A DNA stretch of 64,000 bases. Origin: Amoebidium appalachense. Taxonomy: Eukaryota; Protista; Ichthyosporea. The position numbers were made by a program, and so were the translations under genes. This document shows, piece after piece, positions 60,654-64,000 of the stretch (positions are counted from its first letter, which is position 1; each line of letters opens with the position of its first letter). The stretch covers positions 7,108,908 to 7,172,907 of the forward strand of contig CAVNZM010000009.1 in assembly GCA_963693365.1 (NCBI GenBank). The letters are read 5' to 3'. The notes beneath the pieces are model-generated. The model saw only the letters and a program-made list of their open reading frames with translations, made no database searches and was not told the origin of the DNA.

Positions 60654-61543
60654 ACAAAGAAGGAAAACAGACACGAATACAAACAAGCTAGGACACATAC
60701 ATACTTCAAGGCTCTTGCTGTCATACATGGTGACGTATTCCAACATCCCCACTCAAGGGGTTGAAGTTTGTGTTCTCGTGTCTGTTGATGTGACGGTAGA
60801 TGAGGTCCAAACACAGTAGGGGCCGTCACACTCAAGTTTCCCCACTCGAGGATGCAAACCGAAGATCCTTGAGGTGGGAAGGAGAAAATCAAAACTGAAG
60901 AGGCACACAACGACGGTTGCCTCTGAAGACTCGGAATAATAAATCATGGTGGTTATCGTCGATATACATATATAGAGGAAACACTAGTGTATGTGTGACG
61001 TGTTGGTGGCTAATGGTTTATACTGGGGACCACCCAGGTAAACACAAGGCATGAACATCTTGTGGACTGATTTATAGACTGGTTGTCAACAAGTTAAGAC
61101 ACGGGGAAGGTGCATCCCGTGGACTAGGTTTAGACAGGCAGTCAACCAGCACGCCATGGCTATAGATAATTATTTATACTGGGACGCCATCCCAGTTCGA
61201 CATATATATAAAGTCGAATATAGAAGAAAACCAATATATATGGTGGGATATGAATATAAATAAACGACGGATGGTGGAGAATAATCCCCACTGAAGATGC
61301 ACACATATGACGATGTAAGACTGAGTCCCCACTGATGAAGAGAAACGATGAGGAGTAGTAGACTTTCGTTGGGAGGCATCTTGATCACCGTAGGTGTGTC
61401 AACTGCTGTCCAGGGCCCCAACCTACTCAGAAACCACTCGATGATGAACACCAGTGCACGGGTCAGTCACGGAGACTGAGGTTGGCACGGTGTGTGTCGT
61501 AGGCCGGACCAGCCAGAGGCTTGGTGAAGATGTCGGCCAGGTT
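59788..61543 (-). mobile_element. Truncated relic of a second, related copia family: RNase H C-terminus, 3' UTR, PPT and 3' LTR
   Basis: 61543-61463 encodes NLADIFTKPLAGPAYDTHRANLSLRD* (compare NLADILTKPLPGPSHVHHRARLCL). The junction CAACA|TCCCCACTCAAG at 60745 mirrors TAACA|TCCCCACTTAAG at 51072. The LTR 59788-60745 has TGTTG...CAACA ends and patchy similarity to the first LTR family. Confidence 0.85.
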
Positions 61544-62475
61544 CTTCATCAGCAATCTTGTTGCGGCATCCAAAAGCTGTCGTAAACTACCCGACGACAT
61601 CGGAAACCCCTCAACACCTCCAAAACTAACCCCAAATACATATCATTGCTCCCCGACGTCCAATGGATGTGTCGTAATCTGCTCGATCCGATACCCGATG
61701 CACCAATGGATGTACATAGAACCCCGCGAGTGCATATCCAATGGGTGTGCAATGTAGCCATCTAACCGACGTGCAATAGATCCAACATACGACGTCCAGT
61801 CGGTGGGTATATGACGGCGGCCAGGGGGCATTCAGACAGTCGTAACACCGTCTACGGGAGGATCAGAACGCCACCCTGTGGACGATCTTATGCATGTCTA
61901 TGGTTTGATGTAAAGCCATATAACGGAGCACTGTAAACGCATCGAATGTATGGTATTAATACCCTCTTGATCAAATACGTATGACTATCACATGTATGTC
62001 TATCGTTTGTTGTAAAGCAATGCAATGGAGCACTGCAAAACCATCCAGTTGATTATAAAAATAGATCGAAATCCAATCGTTCAGACGCCCTTACCGACAT
62101 CCGAAACACAACCAGTGGATATACCATGGGTGGGTTTGTGCTAACCCATGACCTATCATAAGATGTGATTTGCATCCTACTACAGATTACATTACGATGT
62201 TGTAAACAGATGCATAGGAGGACATTACGACATATAATGTAGATGACGCATATTAATACATTTGACGTCGTAACGTACACTTGCCTATGTTGTAAGGGTG
62301 TGCTATGCACATGCACAATGTGCTTTTTGGTGCGTCATAAACCCATCCTTACATGCATAATGGCATGTTCAATGTATGATAATGATATCATACATCATAC
62401 GTCATAAAATCACTGTAAGGACAAATACAATATGACATCAGACGGTAAGAAGAGCGCATAAAGATGTTTCTTTGC

Positions 62476-62662
62476 GTCTCGCTCCACAGGAGCAGAGACG
62501 GATACCATATGTACTTTTTTGTCTCGCTCCACTGGACCAGAGACCACGCCTGACAGTTTGTTTTTTCTCACAATTTGTTACAAATTTTTAAGTCTCGTTC
62601 CACAGGAGCGAGACTGCAATACAACAAATTTCTATGTCTCGACTCCGGAGTCTGCTCCAGAC
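62476..62662. repeat. Four spaced palindromic repeats of about 24 bp
   Basis: GTCTCGCTCCACAGGAGCAGAGAC-like units at 62476, 62521, 62592 and 62636. Confidence 0.8.
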
Positions 62663-63067
62663 TGCACTAGACACCAAAACATATCAAAAAAAGAAAAAAA
62701 AAAAAGAGGGTGGTGGGGGGGGGGGGGGGGGGGGGGGGGGGGGGCTTCTATCATCCCACTAGTCCTCATCCTCATCCTCCCCACCCTCATCTCCTTCCTC
62801 CCCCCCAGCCAGGAGGGGGGGGGGGGGGGGGAAGGAGTATAAAAGAGCAGCAACGAACATAAACAAAACTCAAAACAAGCAAACTATTATGCGGGTTTCT
62901 AAGAAGCTCCCAACATCATTAAACCAAACACATGCTAATCCCTTGACAGAAGAGTAACAAGGTGTGTGTGTATGTGTATGAGGCCCCCCCCCAAAAAAAG
63001 GACGCCCAACATGACAATATAAGGGGGGCACTCTTACACCAAACCATACCATACCAAATGCCGGCAG

Positions 63068-64000
63068 TGTTGTAATACGTAGTATTTACATATTGTAAGA
63101 TCTTCTCAGTTCGTGTTATGTTTTCATTCATTTACTTAGTGACAGAGATGTGCTCCTTGTACGTAAATTATGACATCGATCTCCAGTGTATTTGAGTACT
63201 TGTAATCGTGTTGTGTCGGCTATATTCGTGTGTTTAGATATCGATTACAGCAACTGATTATAGGTACACGAGTCTACCCAGTGAGGGAGAAACGTGTACA
63301 TGTTATGTGTACATGAATATCTTCGGTTATAACTGTGTTTTCATGTTCGTGTTTTCTGTCCTGCTTTCTTTTCTTTTTCCTCTTTCTTCTAATTTCTTTT
63401 CTCTTTCTTTCTTCTCTTGTTTCCTTTCACATAATTATATTTCTCTCTCACTAATATACGTTGAGTAGATTTATATTACTCGTTATGTTTTGATTGGTAG
63501 AAAAACACTTAGGCTACACTTTAGCTTGTCAGGTATGATTCATAGCTTAGTCAAACACTTTTGTTTTGTGTGTTGCCGTACTATATCCAATCAGTGGACT
63601 TAGTCAGAAAATGTCTGAGTCTTTGTAGCCGATGATAGGTTAGAAACATCACCTCTTTCCTCGTTACTCTTCACCTCATTTCTTTCTTATAGCTGTGACC
63701 TATGGTGTGCGTTCCTGTCTCTCCGGATCTATCCGGGAAATAATCAGTTAATTGTGATTGGTTATTTTAGACATAGATCTGATTTCCGACTGGTCGGAAA
63801 TCATGTATGGATTTGACTTAAGGGAATTTCAGGTATTTATTCGAGATCAAAATAAATTGAGTTCAGTCGTGTCTAAACATTGATGTCTGTTGTGTACACT
63901 GCTCCGATCGTTCCGTGTTTTGTTGTTGTGTGTGTCTGTGGTGTTTTCACACTGCACCACTGTGTCTCTGCTTACATCCCAAATACTTATATAATTTAAC
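63068..64000 (+). mobile_element. LTR of the first copia family (solo LTR or 5' LTR of an element beyond the window)
   Basis: Starts TGTTGTAATACG and is the reverse complement of 50139-51072 up to the window edge; no PPT precedes it. Confidence 0.95.

Noticed and set aside
62476-62662. True CRISPR array
   Set aside because: Eukaryotic context, degenerate repeats, uneven spacers and no cas genes; kept only as an unexplained palindrome array.

Overview
Eukaryotic nuclear DNA with intron-rich genes whose introns are saturated with G/C homopolymers and (CA)/(TG)/(GA) microsatellites. Almost all ORFs in the supplied track are low-complexity artefacts of these repeats. Genes rebuilt by hand from splice signals: (1) the 5' part of VPS35 (minus strand, 10 coding exons, running off the left edge), with a U12-type intron and a GC-AG intron; (2) a divergently transcribed cytochrome c oxidase subunit 4 (plus, 4 coding exons); (3) a secreted bacterial-type sphingomyelinase C/EEP protein (minus) with a 1-nt frameshift and Gln at the metal-binding Glu position; (4) a complete 9-exon RDH11/12/13-like short-chain dehydrogenase (minus); (5) a cluster of KCTD-type BTB genes with separate coiled-coil first exons, broken by homopolymer frameshifts; (6) a candidate 60-aa secreted prepropeptide. 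The last 14 kb is a Ty1/copia cluster: one full-length element with an ACTGT target-site duplication, an LTR fragment, a 1.14-kb TRIM with a half-tRNAiMet primer site, a relic of a second copia family and another LTR at the right edge. The very animal-like VPS35 suggests an opisthokont, possibly a unicellular holozoan such as an ichthyosporean; this is inference only. Most interesting signals: polarised (TG)n...(CA)n intron ends that may replace the polypyrimidine tract, duplicated exon ends carrying splice donors, a twin U12 acceptor, a perfect CLEAR motif between VPS35 and COX4, a possibly combinatorial BTB locus, a furin-type peptide precursor and several unexplained hairpin arrays. All coordinates and alignments were read by eye.
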